From Podarcis cretensis (lineage: Eukaryota): a stretch of DNA of 64,000 nucleotides. The notes below the pieces were generated by a model. That model had not been told where the DNA came from. It made no database searches and saw only the letters and a list, made by a program, of their open reading frames with translations. Where the stretch lies: the NCBI GenBank assembly GCA_951804945.1, contig OX638155.1, forward strand, positions 47,740,001 to 47,804,000. The letters are read 5' to 3'. Shown here in pieces: positions 49,011 to 61,667 of the stretch. Numbering within the stretch: position 1 is the stretch's first letter; each line of letters begins with the position of its first letter. The translations under genes were made by a program, and so were the position numbers.

Positions 49011-49263
49011 AGGGCTTATCCACACTTCCTCTTGTCCTGCTGCTTCCCCCTAGAGAAAACAGCTAATTAGCACTTGATTGGAGCAAATGGCAATTGGAGC
49101 TTTCTCTGGATTGACGCTTGCTCCGATTTAGCACCAAAGAGTGGGGTTTTCCTGGGAAAAGTGGGGCAAGCTGAGACCTCTGCTTAGAATGTGCAGGTCA
49201 AATGGAAACATGCTTGAACCTGTGATTTTGAGGCATAGGACAAGTGGAAATTTGGACAAGCCT
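49011..49263. mobile_element. Non-autonomous DNA transposon (MITE), copy B, inverted relative to copy A
   Basis: GGCTTATCCACACTTCC ... GTGGAAATTTGGACAAGCCT. Confidence 0.6.
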
Positions 49264-49960
49264 AAAGATTAATTCTTGGGCCTCAGGGTTTTTTCACTGT
49301 AGACTTTCAAGGCTCATTTACATTTTTATTGTGAAATTATGAGCCTTACAGTCACTTTAACCATTGTTCTCTTTACATGTTCAAGAGCTAAATCAGGGTC
49401 AAAGTTAGTTAAATAGCAAGTTCAAGGGCTCTTGACTGGTCTCATTTTATCATTGTGTAAGTGAACAACAGCGGGGTTATTGCCTCTGGCAGTTGTTGCA
49501 GAAGCAGACTTCAGAATGGCTTAAGATATAGCATGGCATTTTTGTTCATGTCAATGGAAGTTGTTATTTAAAGAGAACCAGTCTGTAACAATAACCCTGA
49601 GAACACCAATGACTCTGAGTAGTGTGAACTTGCTTTCCGATGTCAAGCTATTATTCAGTTTGGACAGCCTGAGACCTTTTTTCTAACCACAACTAGCAAG
49701 ATGTTCAGAAAGCCCATGGGGTTGGGGGAATGGAAAATCCACAGTCAGTGAGTGAGCAAGATTTCAAGTTCTCCAGAATTCTTCATCAGGCTGGAAGTTC
49801 AGCTAAGTAGAGGGTGGGTAGGGCAGAGCCCGGAAGATGTCCCAAGTTGCAGTCTGATAGCTCACCATATAGAGCACCTGCACAAGTTCCTAGTTCCAGC
49901 CTAGGTAACTTTTGGCATAGATGCAAGATATTCATCCTTAATGTGAATTTACTGAGATTA

Positions 49961-50365
49961 CCGTATTTTTCGCTCTATTGGACGCAGTTTTTCCCCTCCA
50001 AAAATTGAGGGGAAATGTGTGTGCATCCTATGGAGCGAATGCAGGCTTGTGCCACAGCCGCGCACAACCCTTCCGGCAGGGAGAGGCTGCACGGGGCTAT
50101 GGCTTCTTTAGCCCTGTGCAGCGTCTCCCGGCAAGGAGAGGCTGCACGGGGCTAAAGGGGAAGCCAAAACAGTGAGCGGGATCCATCCCGCTCGCTGCCT
50201 TGGCTTGTTCCATAGCTGCGCGCAACCCCTCTGGCAGGGAGAGGTTGTGTGCAGCCTGTACACTGCTCTTTGGGGCTGGGGGGGGGATATTTTTTTTCTT
50301 GATTCCCCCCCTAAAAACTGGGTGCGCCCTATGGTCCGGTGCGCCCTATAGTGCGAAAAATATGG
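49961..50365. mobile_element. Tc1/mariner-type MITE
   Basis: TA TSD; TIRs CCGTATTTTTCGCTCTAT / ATAGTGCGAAAAATATGG. Confidence 0.8.
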
Positions 50366-50513
50366 TATCTGTATTTAGCTACAGCCTTAAAATAAAGATA
50401 CAGACTCACTTGGATTAAGTTGTTGGATTAGATGCTGTGCAGGTTTCAGGTTGCACCCAGGACTGTTGGGACAAAGGCACACACAATGATTGATTCCCCA
50501 GTTAACCCTGATT

Positions 50514-50878
50514 GGTAAAGGTAAAGGGCCCCCTGACTGTTAAGTCCAGTCACAGATGACCCTGGGGTTGCAGCGCTCGTCTCGCTTTACTAGCTGAGAG
50601 AGCCAGCGTTTGTCTGCAGACAGCTTTCCAGGTCATGTGGCCAGCATGACTAAGCCACTTCTGGTAAACCAGAGCAGCGCACGGAAACGCTGTTTACCTT
50701 CCCGCCGGAGTGGTACCTATTTATCTACTTGCACTTTGACATGCTTTCGAACTGCTAGGTTGACAGGAGCAGGGACTGAGCAATGGGAGCTCACCCCGTT
50801 GCGGAGATTCGAACCGCCAACCTTCTGATCTGCAAACCCTAGGCTCTGTGGTTTAGACCACAATGCCACCCGCGTTCC
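50514..50878 (-). mobile_element. Sauria SINE
   Basis: GGTAAAGGTAAAGGG tail in reverse; body homologous to the other copies. Confidence 0.9.
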
Positions 50879-51232
50879 GTTTTGTCTCTAGCCTTAAGTA
50901 AAACACATAAGCTCCTTGTTAGGTAGGCAACAGAACTGAAGAGAAGTAGAGATTAATTTCAGATGATGTCCTAGATAGAAAAAAGAACAAAGGAAGCCAA
51001 ATTGAGTAGCATTCTCTAGTACCTGCTGGAAAAGTAACTCTTGAAAAGACAAGTTCCATCTTCCAGTAGTAGAAAACCTGCTAAGAGTTATGGTTAGTTT
51101 TCAGTGAATAAAGAGAGCATCCATTATATAGCGGCATCAGTTTTCTGAATGCGATTTCAAAATCTCATGTCTTATATCAGTGTTGTATTATCATGTGATT
51201 CTAATTTGCTTCTTTTGCCCCCTAACCTCCAG

Positions 51233-51283
51233 AATGCATAAGCCAAGAACCAAAAGATATAGATCCTCAAGAAGATTGCGACT
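51233..51283 (+). CDS. LAMA3: LAMA3 exon ~43 (ECISQEPKDIDPQEDCD)
   Basis: ccag|AA...GACT|gtaagt, 51 nt, phase 1->1. Confidence 0.92.
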
Positions 51284-52410
51284 GTAAGTAATAACGCATG
51301 AGCAGTCTGGATGCTTGCTTATAGGGCTTCATTAAAGAGTCACCATTGTTTTAAATGGGAGACTGCAAAGGTCAACACATGCTTTGACAGTGAACTTATT
51401 CAGAAATGCTTACACGGGGTGGGGAACCCCTTGAGTGATATTCAGCCCACAGTGCACTCAAAGCTGTCTTGCAGCCCCTTCTCCTTTCATCTGCTATGAA
51501 GTGAATTTTTAAAGAAGCCTTCATTCCTGCTGCGTCCTGTGCTAACCAAGGACACCAAATGAGCTAGAGGAGGAGAGACTCTGTGCTTCTGCTTTCCCCC
51601 TTTCCCTCTTTGTTGATTACAAAGGGCTAGTGCCTACTTTTTCACTGTGACTCCCCCCGCCCCCTGTGACCATCCTTCGGTCCTGCTCCTCCAGTTTGCT
51701 TACCGTAGTTCCCTTTGTATCCAGAATGAAAGACCTCCACAGGAAGACTTCCTATTAGGACTGGGAGGTAGGAAGCATGGGGGGGGTGGGAAGGAGCAGA
51801 TCAGCTCTCCCCCCCCCCCCCGATTGCAAAGGGGACTCAGCATCTGCTTTGTGTGGATGGTGGTGGTGGTAGGAGTGGAGAAGGTTGTAGATGGATGAGT
51901 GTTGGAGTGTAGCTGTGGATGGTGTCTGTTTTGTTGGATGTCTGTGTGTGGTATGCATGTGTGTATGGGGGTACATTGAACTCCTTGGGGTTGGGATATA
52001 AATGCAATAAATAAGTGTGTATGTGTAGGAGAGAGAGAGAACATATGGGAGTGATGATGATCTTCAGAGAGTGTGTTTATAGTGCCACCGGCCCCACCCA
52101 CCACCAGTGCACTTTTCCTGACAGACTACCTCTGAGAGAATGCAGCTCTTGATGTAAAGAAAAGGTTCTCCTCTATCCTACTCTTAAGGAAAATTGACAG
52201 GGAGTAACTCTAAAATAAGTCAAGACATACTAGGGAGGGCCTCAGGATTTGGTTACTGCCTTAAATGCACTTGAGCTTCCCCTGCCTTTTTTTGTTCATT
52301 TATAGCAGTAGATGACAGTTTGTGGAAAGGTGTTATTTTGGTGCTGTCATTCTCTGCCCATACAGCAAACTAACACTTTGCACTGTTTGGATGTGCTCTT
52401 TTCCATTCAG

Positions 52411-52562
52411 CCTGTGATAGCTGTGTAATTACTTTGCTGAAGGATTTGAGTACAATGGGGGACGAGCTCCGTCTGATTAAGTCTCAGATGCAAAACGTCA
52501 ATGCCAGTGCCCACACATTGGGGCAGATGAAGCATCTGGAAGACCGCATCAAGGAACTGAAG
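52411..52562 (+). CDS. LAMA3: LAMA3 exon ~44 (start of coiled coil; CDSCVITLLKDL...IKELK)
   Basis: tcag|CC...AAG|gtaatc, 152 nt, phase 1->0. Confidence 0.94.
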
Positions 52563-53013
52563 GTAATCTTGAAAAGTTGGCATTTCCTTACGGGGCTGAG
52601 AGAAGAAATAAAGAAATAGGTTTCAAATTAACTACACAATGTGATGACCTTTAGAAGCAGCTGGGCAAGATCCACTGGTCTGTGATGTGATCCCATGTGG
52701 CTGAGGTTGGACTGATGGAGCCAGTTGCATGGTCCTTTCCTGTGCCGGTTCTTTGGGAAAGACCATGGCAGCCCAGTCCACATCATCCTTGGTGTTCCCT
52801 TATTGTAAAATTCAGTTAGTCACAGCATAGCTCAGTCTTCCCCAGACAGTGGTCTGAGGTGATGTGATGGGAGTTGTAGTCCAACAAGTTCTGGAGGGCA
52901 GGAGGTTGGGGAAAGCTGGCATAGTTGCATGGTTAGTGCCCGGCACTGGCAAGGGGGAATAACTGTTGCTTGCTATACTGGCTGCAGATTCATTGGTGAG
53001 CACAATTAGCATA

Positions 53014-53277
53014 CTGTTCCGTGTATATGATGAGGTTTTTTTATTTAAATTTTTTGTTAAATGGGGGTTGTCTTGTACACAGATAGTGCATAGTGGGGGG
53101 CCATGTAATTGGTTGTCGCTGCGAGCTGGAGATTGTCAGTGGCTATTGGGCGAACCCTCCTTAAAAAAAGCTCAACAACTCTGGCAATTCCCCCCCCCCT
53201 CCATTTTATGAAATTGGAGTCCCCCAAAATAAGGGGTGTCTTATACACGGGGGCGTGTTATACACGGAAAAATACGG
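53014..53277. mobile_element. Tc1/mariner-type MITE
   Basis: Right end TATACACGGAAAAATACGG-TA; degenerate left end TA-CTG..TTCCGTGTATA. Confidence 0.6.
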
Positions 53278-54367
53278 TAAGTGCAGGTTCTTGTCTTTGA
53301 AAACCTACATTTTGTGCGACCCTGGTATCTGAAAGATTGCCTTCTCCCACATGAGCCTGCCCTAGGAACAACCAGCAGGGTAGGTGTCAACATAGCAGTG
53401 GGGCCTGCCAGAGCACTGGAATGCTGGCATCTGCCCAAGGGTGCCATATTTTGGAGCTGGGTCTGTGTGGAAAGAGGAGCTTCCCACCTTCCCTTGTTTC
53501 CAGCTCCCATCAGCCCCTATAAACAGCAGGAGCAGGAACAGTGGAGGAGACTCAAGGACTGGTGGTTTACCACCATGGCAAGCAGTGTCTAGCACTGGCT
53601 GTGACATGGTCTATGATGGTTGCTGCTGGCCCGTCAGCAGCCACATGACTGCACATTGCTGACTTAGCAGCCCCTGTGACTCCACCGCCCAATACCCATC
53701 AGGTCCCCTAGCCTCAGCTGCTAGGCGTTGAACTGACATAATTAATTAGGTCTGCGTAGTGCCATAAGGGACCTATTTATGCTCTGCTTTATTGAAGGTA
53801 GGCTTAAGGCTTGTCTGTACGAAAGCTTTTCATGGCCCCAGTTCATCTCTTTAGCACAAACCCATAAGTTGGGGAAGTAAGACACGCTGGGTGGGATTTT
53901 GTATGCTCTGTCCAAGTAGATTGTGGCTTTGCCTAACATCCGTCTCATCCTGCTATGATGCCTGAACTGATATTCTGAATCTTTTCAGTCTGCCACATAA
54001 ACTGTTATTAGCGTGGGTTATAGACAAGCTAGATGCCGAATACTTTAAAGGCATTGGATGCACCAGATCTTTGAATCTGTTCTGACTGGCACCAAAACTC
54101 TAAATACATTTTTCTAAGAAGTAACAGCTTGCTCCAACACATGTTTCCTCTGAAGTACATCAAACCGAGTGTAATGAGAATTACTCCTACATGTATGGGT
54201 GTGATTGCAGCCTAAGTCTTTCAGTTGAATTCTTTCCTATGTAAATGACTTAGGATTCCTGTCTAGGTAAAATATGTTTTTGGCCCAAACTCATGCTGAA
54301 TTCAGATACACTTTTCAGCTCAGTCAGACATCCCTTTTCCCCTCTTTTTGGTGGCCTTTCTTTTCAG

Positions 54368-54478
54368 ATTCTGTTGAGCCGCTATCGTACTGTTATTACG
54401 ACTCACGGCCCAAAAGTGGATGAACTGGAGACAGACCTGCTCAACCTTAACCAAAATGTTAATGCTCTAAAAGAAAAG
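54368..54478 (+). CDS. LAMA3: LAMA3 exon ~45 (ILLSRYR...NALKEK)
   Basis: tcag|ATT...AAG|gtgagc, 111 nt, phase 0->0. Confidence 0.93.
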
Positions 54479-55797
54479 GTGAGCTGTTTACATTTTTATA
54501 TATATATAAGAAGTGCTGGAATTTGCTGGTCAGGAAATGTCAGTGCCTTCACTAAAATTCTAATGGAAAGCCTAATTTCTGCCTGAAAGACTTTTGATCA
54601 TGTATGGGGTATTAAATGTCATTTACCTGTGTTGACTGTGAGGGATCCCAGCCAGAGGAAGCCCCCTTTCCCTTGCATCAAGAGTTCTGAGGGAGCAGAT
54701 TCTGAGTGGGGTTACCCACAAATGGCAAGTCATGTGGGCACTGCCAGCTGGTATTCTGCCCTGCCAATTAGCCGAGAAGTGAGAAACAGATGCCCAGGGA
54801 GGAGAGACAATAATAGCCACATAAGGTGATCAGAAGGAAATAAAAAATGTGGTGTGAGGGGAGGAAAGAATGAAAGAGCTCAGCAGAAAGAGGAGAGCTA
54901 ACAGGGGAAAGGTGAGGAGAAGTGACAGACAGAAAGCTATCCTTCAGGAGGATAGAAAGAGAAGACAGGAAGACACAGGAAAGGAGGCCACCAGATAGCA
55001 TACTGACTTGAATATCCCCAGATATTCAAGCAAAAAAGCTGGAAACTGAAGGTCTGAAGGCAGTGACATTAAAGAGCACACAATGGAAGAAAAATAAAGA
55101 TGTGAGAGGGGTGAATTGGGTAGGTCTGCAACCTGGAGGGTAGATATCCCCCTTTGGGATCCCTATGATGAGATCCTACAGGCTGAACACTGTGCCAATA
55201 TCCTGGTGGGGCTTATTTATAATCAAAGACCTAGCGCTCCCATTTAGGAACTGCCAGCATTTTCCAGAGGACACAGGTGGAGAGGTATCCCTGTAACTGA
55301 ATATGTTGTTGAAAAGCAGAACCAGGAAGCTTCCAAGAAGGTTCCAATTGTGATATTGCAGAGGACATAGCAGAACTAAAGATCAATTGTCCTTCTGCTT
55401 GGGGTGATCCATGCTGCTTGGGCTACTCCACCATAGATAACTAAAGGAACTATGTATGTAGTTTGGGGAACAAAAGCATTTATAGCTATCAGAATAAATG
55501 ACTGGTAAGCATTACATCTTGGCTTCCTCTTGATTCAGGGGGTCTGGATATGGATGAAACCAGGTTCAAGGTGTCCTGCACACTGAAGCCAAGGGCAACA
55601 TGACACAAACACTTCTGATATTTCCTCTTGTAGAATCTTAAGAATGACCAGTAAATGTCAAATTCACCAAGTTTCTGAAATCTGTCATGACTTAACAAAT
55701 TTTGTTAAGAATTTACTACTATCAGAAACATTGAATACTTTAAAAAAACAAATATTGATTTGTGCTCTCTTGTTTTAAAACTCTTACCTCTTGTCAG

Positions 55798-55909
55798 GCT
55801 GAAAGCAATTACAAGAAAGCAGAGACACTGTTCAACAAATTTAGTAAGACTAATGAAAGGGGGAAAGACTTGATTTCCAAGATACAAAGTGTTGCCACCA
55901 ATATTAACG
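55798..55909 (+). CDS. LAMA3: LAMA3 exon ~46 (AESNYKKAETLFN...VATNIN)
   Basis: tcag|GCT...AACG|gtaaga, 112 nt, phase 0->1. Confidence 0.92.
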
Positions 55910-56057
55910 GTAAGAGTAATTGCTGATCTCCTACATTATTTTATTTGATCACAATCCTGTTTTGTGGAGATAAATTCCAGCTGATTTAATTCACTATTGC
56001 AACTTGATATACCACGTTTCTCTGATTATGGAGTTTTGTTATAAAAGGTGGGGTTTA

Positions 56058-56965
56058 CATGGACCAGTGGTACCAAATCGTATGGGAAACAGCCTTGCTA
56101 GAAAAGCTAACCAATAAACTGAAACTGACACGGGGACAAATAGAAGAGGATGCCTTCACCCCACAATATGGCTCCCCTTCATCACATACACAGGCCAACA
56201 AGACAACAACAAGAACCCACCAACAGCATACAAATCAAACTGTCTTACTTGGCCCAACAAGCCCTCCCCCCCCCAATGCAAACAAACCCCATTACAGACA
56301 ACCAACCATACTCTGGACCTCAAACCTCTCTCACTACAAAGAAAATGTAACAAGCAAATAGAAAGAGAACCTATCTAGTTGACGCTGACCCAAAATCCCA
56401 CACATACACTGTAAAAAATATCAATTTCACCACCCTCCCTCTTCTCCTCCCCAACCTTATACTGTAAGGTAAAGGTAAAGGGCCCCCTGACCATTAGGTC
56501 CAGTCGTGACCGACTCTGGGGTTGCGGCGCTCATTTTGCTTTATTGGCCGAGGGAGCCGGCATACAGCTTCCGGGTCATGTGGCCAGCATGACTAAGCCG
56601 GTTCTGGCGAACCAGAGCAGCGCATGGAAACGCCATTTACCTTCCCGCTGGAGCGGTACCTATTTATCTACTTGTACTTTGATGTGCTTTCGAACTGCTA
56701 GGTTGGCAGGAGCAGGGACCGAGCAACGGGAGCTCACCCCATTGCAGGGATTCGAACCACCGACCTTCTGATCAGCAAGTCCTAGGCTCTGTGGTTTAAC
56801 CCACAGCGCCACCCGCATCCCTTTACCTTATACTGTACTCAACACTAATGTCTCATAAAAAATGTGACGGATCTGTAAAAAAGACTGTGCAACTTGAAAA
56901 AAGAGACAAGGCATGTACTTTTGTAAGCCAATAAAATCTTTAATAAAATAAAATAACATAAACAA
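56058..56965 (+). mobile_element. 5'-truncated L1-clade LINE 3' end
   Basis: ORF2-like C-terminal peptide (MDQWYQIVWETALLEKLT...), AATAAA + A-rich tail, 17-bp TSD ATAAAAGGTGGGGTTTA (56041-56057 and 56966-56982). Confidence 0.8.
56467..56821 (-). mobile_element. Sauria SINE nested in the L1 3' UTR
   Basis: Full-length SINE; 13-bp TSD ACCTTATACTGTA (56454-56466 and 56825-56837). Confidence 0.9.
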
Positions 56966-57844
56966 ATAAAAGGTGGGGTTTATGAGCAGTGGCTTTAGAT
57001 GTGCTTATTGATGAGAAAATCTTATGAATGATTATTGGCCTACATTAAGATCTGACATTATGCTTGCTTCAGAAGTGTTATTGAAAATGGCATCTTTGTG
57101 GTAATTCTCCTCCCCCAATTTGTAATGTGTAGAATGGAGTGAGGAACCTCAGGCCTGGTGGCCAAATGTGCCCACCTCCCACACCTCTTTGTCTAGGCCT
57201 CAAAACTCTTCCTAGGCCATACTCTTCACTGGCCCTGCTTCACGCCCAGACTACTTTTGCTTTATTGCAATTGCAATTTAACTCAGATAGTCTTATTCCT
57301 TGTCTGGATAGAGGATAAAGGAGAGTATACGAATATGTATATAACTATCCTACTGTCCTAAAGTAACTTTCACATTTGTTGCTTCAACTGCTTTTGCCTA
57401 TGACTCTCCCCACCACGAGCATGTTGCCCAGAAGGGAATGCCGCCCTCAGACTGAAAAACATTCCCTACATCTGATATAGAAGTTCAGATCCCATGGATT
57501 GCCCTCATGATGCTGCCCTGCCCTGCTAAGAGCTGCCAAAAAGTGAAGGTGTCTAGGAGGATGATCTGTGCAGTAAAGTACTCTTAAGTGGTTCTCAAAC
57601 TTCTTTCTCTGGGTCACACTTTCAGAATAAACATCTAATTTTTTTATTGATAAGAAATACATTGGAAAACAAAAAAGAAACAATTCCGAAGCAGTGCTTG
57701 ATTTATAACATAGAACACAACTACTTTATAATATGATCATAGGACACCGCATAGTATAAAACAATACAGCTGCATAAGAACATGAATCATCCCCTGAACA
57801 CTTGATGCTCTTGCTCTCATTTTTAGAAGAGATCTATCCATATT

Positions 57845-57885
57845 ATGAATGAATGAATGAATGAATAAATAAATAAATAAATAAA
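57845..57885. repeat. (TGAA)n(TAAA)n compound microsatellite
   Basis: Direct inspection. Confidence 0.85.
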
Positions 57886-58346
57886 TGCTATTTTATGCTA
57901 CAATGAAATGTGCAAATATTTCTTTGTCCTTGAATCTTCCTGCCACACTTGCCATCTCCTCCTGCCACACCCTTTGAGAACCACTGCTTTTAAGTAGAAC
58001 AGCTAAGGAGTGGACAACTCACCAGGGGAAAGTTGTTTTGGCATCATTCCCTTGGCAAGATAGACATAAGCACTCACCCCAGTACCTTACTAAATAAGTG
58101 GGATATAATCTGCATGTTAAAAAGCAGGTTAACACCCCACCCCACCCCGACAACAGTCAAAGTGATCCAAAGGCAAGGACTGTTTCACTAGGATCGTTTG
58201 ATGGATTATTTCTGCATCATTGAATATGTGTTGAATGGAAAGTAGAACCTTTCAGGTTAAGAAAAGAAAACAACACAACACATGGCTCTGAGAAAAAGTA
58301 TCTGTCAGAGTATTTTGTTCATCTGTTTTTTCTTTTCTTGTCGTAG

Positions 58347-58514
58347 TTCTCCTGGATCAGATAACTGGTACTTCTACAGCAGCAACTGCTTCACCTTCAG
58401 GAGATGGTGCCAAAGAGCTGGCTCAAGCTCAGCAAATGATTAACGAGATGAGAAACCGCAATTTTGAGCAACAACTAACCAAAGCAGAAAAGGAGAAAAG
58501 AGAAGCCCAACTTT
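58347..58514 (+). CDS. LAMA3: LAMA3 exon ~47 (LLDQITGT...EMRNRNF...KREAQL)
   Basis: gtag|TT...CTTT|gtaaga, 168 nt, phase 1->1. Confidence 0.92.
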
Positions 58515-59601
58515 GTAAGAGCGTAAAGACTGTATGCATAGATCCTGGGATAGAAATGACTCTAAGTAGATTTGCTAGAATGAGGAGGACTGTTGTCTCT
58601 TTGTAAATGCCCAGTGGAGTTGTAAACAACGTGGAACTGAAAGTGGTCTTATCATGTACGATCATTCTGTAGCTAACATGAGGCGGAGAAGAGGAAGGTG
58701 AAGGTGGTAGGCTTGGGGACAGGAGTACAGATGGTAGGATCAGAAAGTGCTAGACCAGGAAGAAACTTTCTGAGGTGCATAAGTCCAAGGAGCAGGTTAA
58801 ACAAATCCTTTTGGTTGGATTTGGGCCTATAGGCTGGGCCTATAAGCTTTGCGTTTTAATTTTTACATTTCAAGAAGTCAAGGTGAGAACCTCTTTTCTC
58901 TCTTCAAAACCAGCAAGCAGTGCTATGTAATGTCCACCCCTTTTTTCCTCACTTTGCCTGCAACAGATGTGTATTCATCATTTGTTGCTACACAATTTAA
59001 TAAAGAAATTCTGGAGAGAATGGAAATACTTAATGATGGCAGGATCGTACAAGAAAATCACGTAGTACATAGTACATTCTGGGTGTCCACTAAAGGTCTT
59101 CATGTGAAGTGTAGCAGTAGCATAATTTTGCATTGCATTATTTTAGTTACTTTAATGTAAGTCAGCTGAAACACTTCTTTATTCACTAAGACTTTAGCCT
59201 GACAAATGTCGTTACATCATGTTATGGCAGGCAAATTAAAGAAAAATAATGGATGTTTACCTTCCTGTAGTCTCACTAGTCCAGTCACAGATGGTTAATC
59301 TCTGTCTGCCCCAATCAGGTGCCCTCCAGATGGTTCAGACTGCAATTTCCATCATTCCCAACCACTGGTCATGCTGGCTGGGGCTGATGGGAATTGGTCC
59401 AAAGATCTGGAGAGCACTAGGTTGGGAGAGAACGTTCCAGATGATTAAAATCCACTCATTGGCAAGACCAGAACAGGACTAGGGGCCAGAAAGGACTTAA
59501 GCTGGGTGGATGCTATCCCCTTATAGCAGTATGGATAATCAAATTCGTCCTTATTTTGCTATCCGATAATCAAACTTTATCCATTCTAATTCTCTCCATA
59601 G

Positions 59602-59798
59602 TGCTGGAGCGTGTAAGGACTGAACTACAAAAGCACCAAGCAAAAAACCAGGGACTTATTAAAACTATAAGAGAGTCATTAAATGAGTATGAATCCAAGC
59701 TCGAAGACCTTCGGATATCTTTGGAAGAAGCAAAAGAGCAAACAAAGCTGGCTGAAAATTTAAATGGAAATAATCAACTCCTTTTGGAAGATGTTAAG
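59602..59798 (+). CDS. LAMA3: LAMA3 exon ~48 (LERVRTE...SLNEYESKLEDLR...EDVK)
   Basis: atag|TG...AAG|gtgata, 197 nt, phase 1->0. Confidence 0.94.
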
Positions 59799-61235
59799 GT
59801 GATACCACTTTTATTTATTTTCTTTTTCTTTTTAAAAAAATATTTAATAGATGAAGAATATGTGAAATTCCAAGTCGTTTTATCTGGCCTTATCAATAAT
59901 CTCTCTCAAAAGGATACTGTGAAAGGCTGATGGAATAAGAAACTGCTGCTTTATTTTGCTTTTTGTTTCTTAATAAAGAAACAAAGTTTAGTTTCTCTGG
60001 AACAGTTATATGAGGTGTAATTTAATTGTTCAACCTGCCCAGACCTATTCTTTGTCCTGAAATTACCTGGGATGACCCAATGATACACAGACATGTCATA
60101 AATTGTTCTATCCTGTTCTGCTTTACTTTTGTGCCAAATGCCTATACAGGAAACCGTTACCAGTAGGTAGGTAGTTAATTAGTTACCTATTAATAATAAT
60201 AGTAATCATTTCTAGTTTAGGAAATAATTATCCAGAGATTTCAGGATAGGATAGTCTTCAGTTTTACAGCAATACCTTCACTTGAAAAATAGGTGCCGTG
60301 CTCACCATGAAGTTGTTACAGTAAGTAACACACTTTTTAACAAGAAGAGATGCTGGTACTGCGTACCCTTGAGTACCCCTGGGGCACTGGATGTGAGTGA
60401 GGAAGGGCTTTCTCCTTCCCTAATCCTGGACCAACACTTCTTGGCTTTCAGGAAGCAGGGTCCAGAACTGTAGAGCACTGATAAGGAACCCCTGCAATGG
60501 CTGCTGTAGAGTGCTAATAGGCATAAGCTGCAGTCCTATATGCACTTACCTGGGAGTCAGACCCAATGAACTCAGTGGAACCTAAATCTGAGTAGACCGT
60601 GCAAAGGCTTGCACTACGAATTTTCTATGTCCTCCTCCCTTCAGTTAGGATTTGCAGGATTCCTAATCAGAATCTTTACTTCTACATGCCAGGTTACATT
60701 AGCTATGCAGCTGTGCCTTTAAATACAAAGCTGTCTGCTTGTATTGTACACAAAGTGGCAGTGGGAGTGGTGGTGGTACTCCTGGCCTGGATTATAAACC
60801 ATGGGGGGGGGCTTTAATCTTTTGTCCATACTATGGTTCTGAACTGAATAAGAGCCCCATGCCTGTAATTTGCATTAGGTGAGGAAAGTCTCATTTGCTT
60901 CAATGGGAACTTCTTCCCTATGCAAATTGCAGGCATGGGTCCCAATCCAGATTAGGCAATTCATGCCAAAAACGAAGACCCTTCACTTAAAGCTATGATG
61001 GTGTAACATGCTGATTGGCCCTAAGACACATGCTTGATTTAGGATCAGCCTGCCTTTGGGTAAATGCAACCTGGCCATTAAACAAGTTATACCTTTCCCC
61101 AAATTGCACTTGCACCTGGAGACACCCTATGGCTAGATAGTGCCCCTTGTTACTATTCAGAAAGCTATGTTACTTATATCTCTACCAATGAGAGCTGCAT
61201 TTAAAAATTGAATCTCCTCTTCATTTCTTTGTCAG

Positions 61236-61352
61236 AAACGGATTGATGCGATGACTAAACAACAGACTAATATCTTGGATCTTCTGAGTTCTGCTGAAGC
61301 ATCATTGTCTCAAGCAAACAGTGTGTTTGGCTTGCTGCAGAAGAGCAAAGAG
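61236..61352 (+). CDS. LAMA3: LAMA3 exon ~49 (KRIDAMTKQQ...LLQKSKE)
   Basis: tcag|AAA...GAG|gtactg, 117 nt, phase 0->0. Confidence 0.92.
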
Positions 61353-61667
61353 GTACTGAAGAAGTAATGCTTTAATTCTGTGAAGAGAGAGAGAAATCAT
61401 TGTAATGGAAATAAAAATCTATTGCAAGTAATGATTTGATTTTGTAGGCGGTAATAGCTGCTCACAAAATACAAGTTATATGTTGAAAACATTTTCCCCC
61501 ATTTCTGTCTAATCTTTTGTGCTTAATCCTCTGTGCTGTGCTCAAAGCACCAAGATTTGCATGAAAAGCTGAAGCACACAAAAGACAGAATTGCCATTTA
61601 TTTCCTCTGCTTTTATAAATCTGTCTGGGTCACAGCAAATAAAGTGACATTTGCCTTCAAACTTCAG

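Noticed and set aside
54780-55110. Strongly purine-rich tract
   Set aside because: Low complexity with no mirror symmetry, splice sites or coding signature that I could support.
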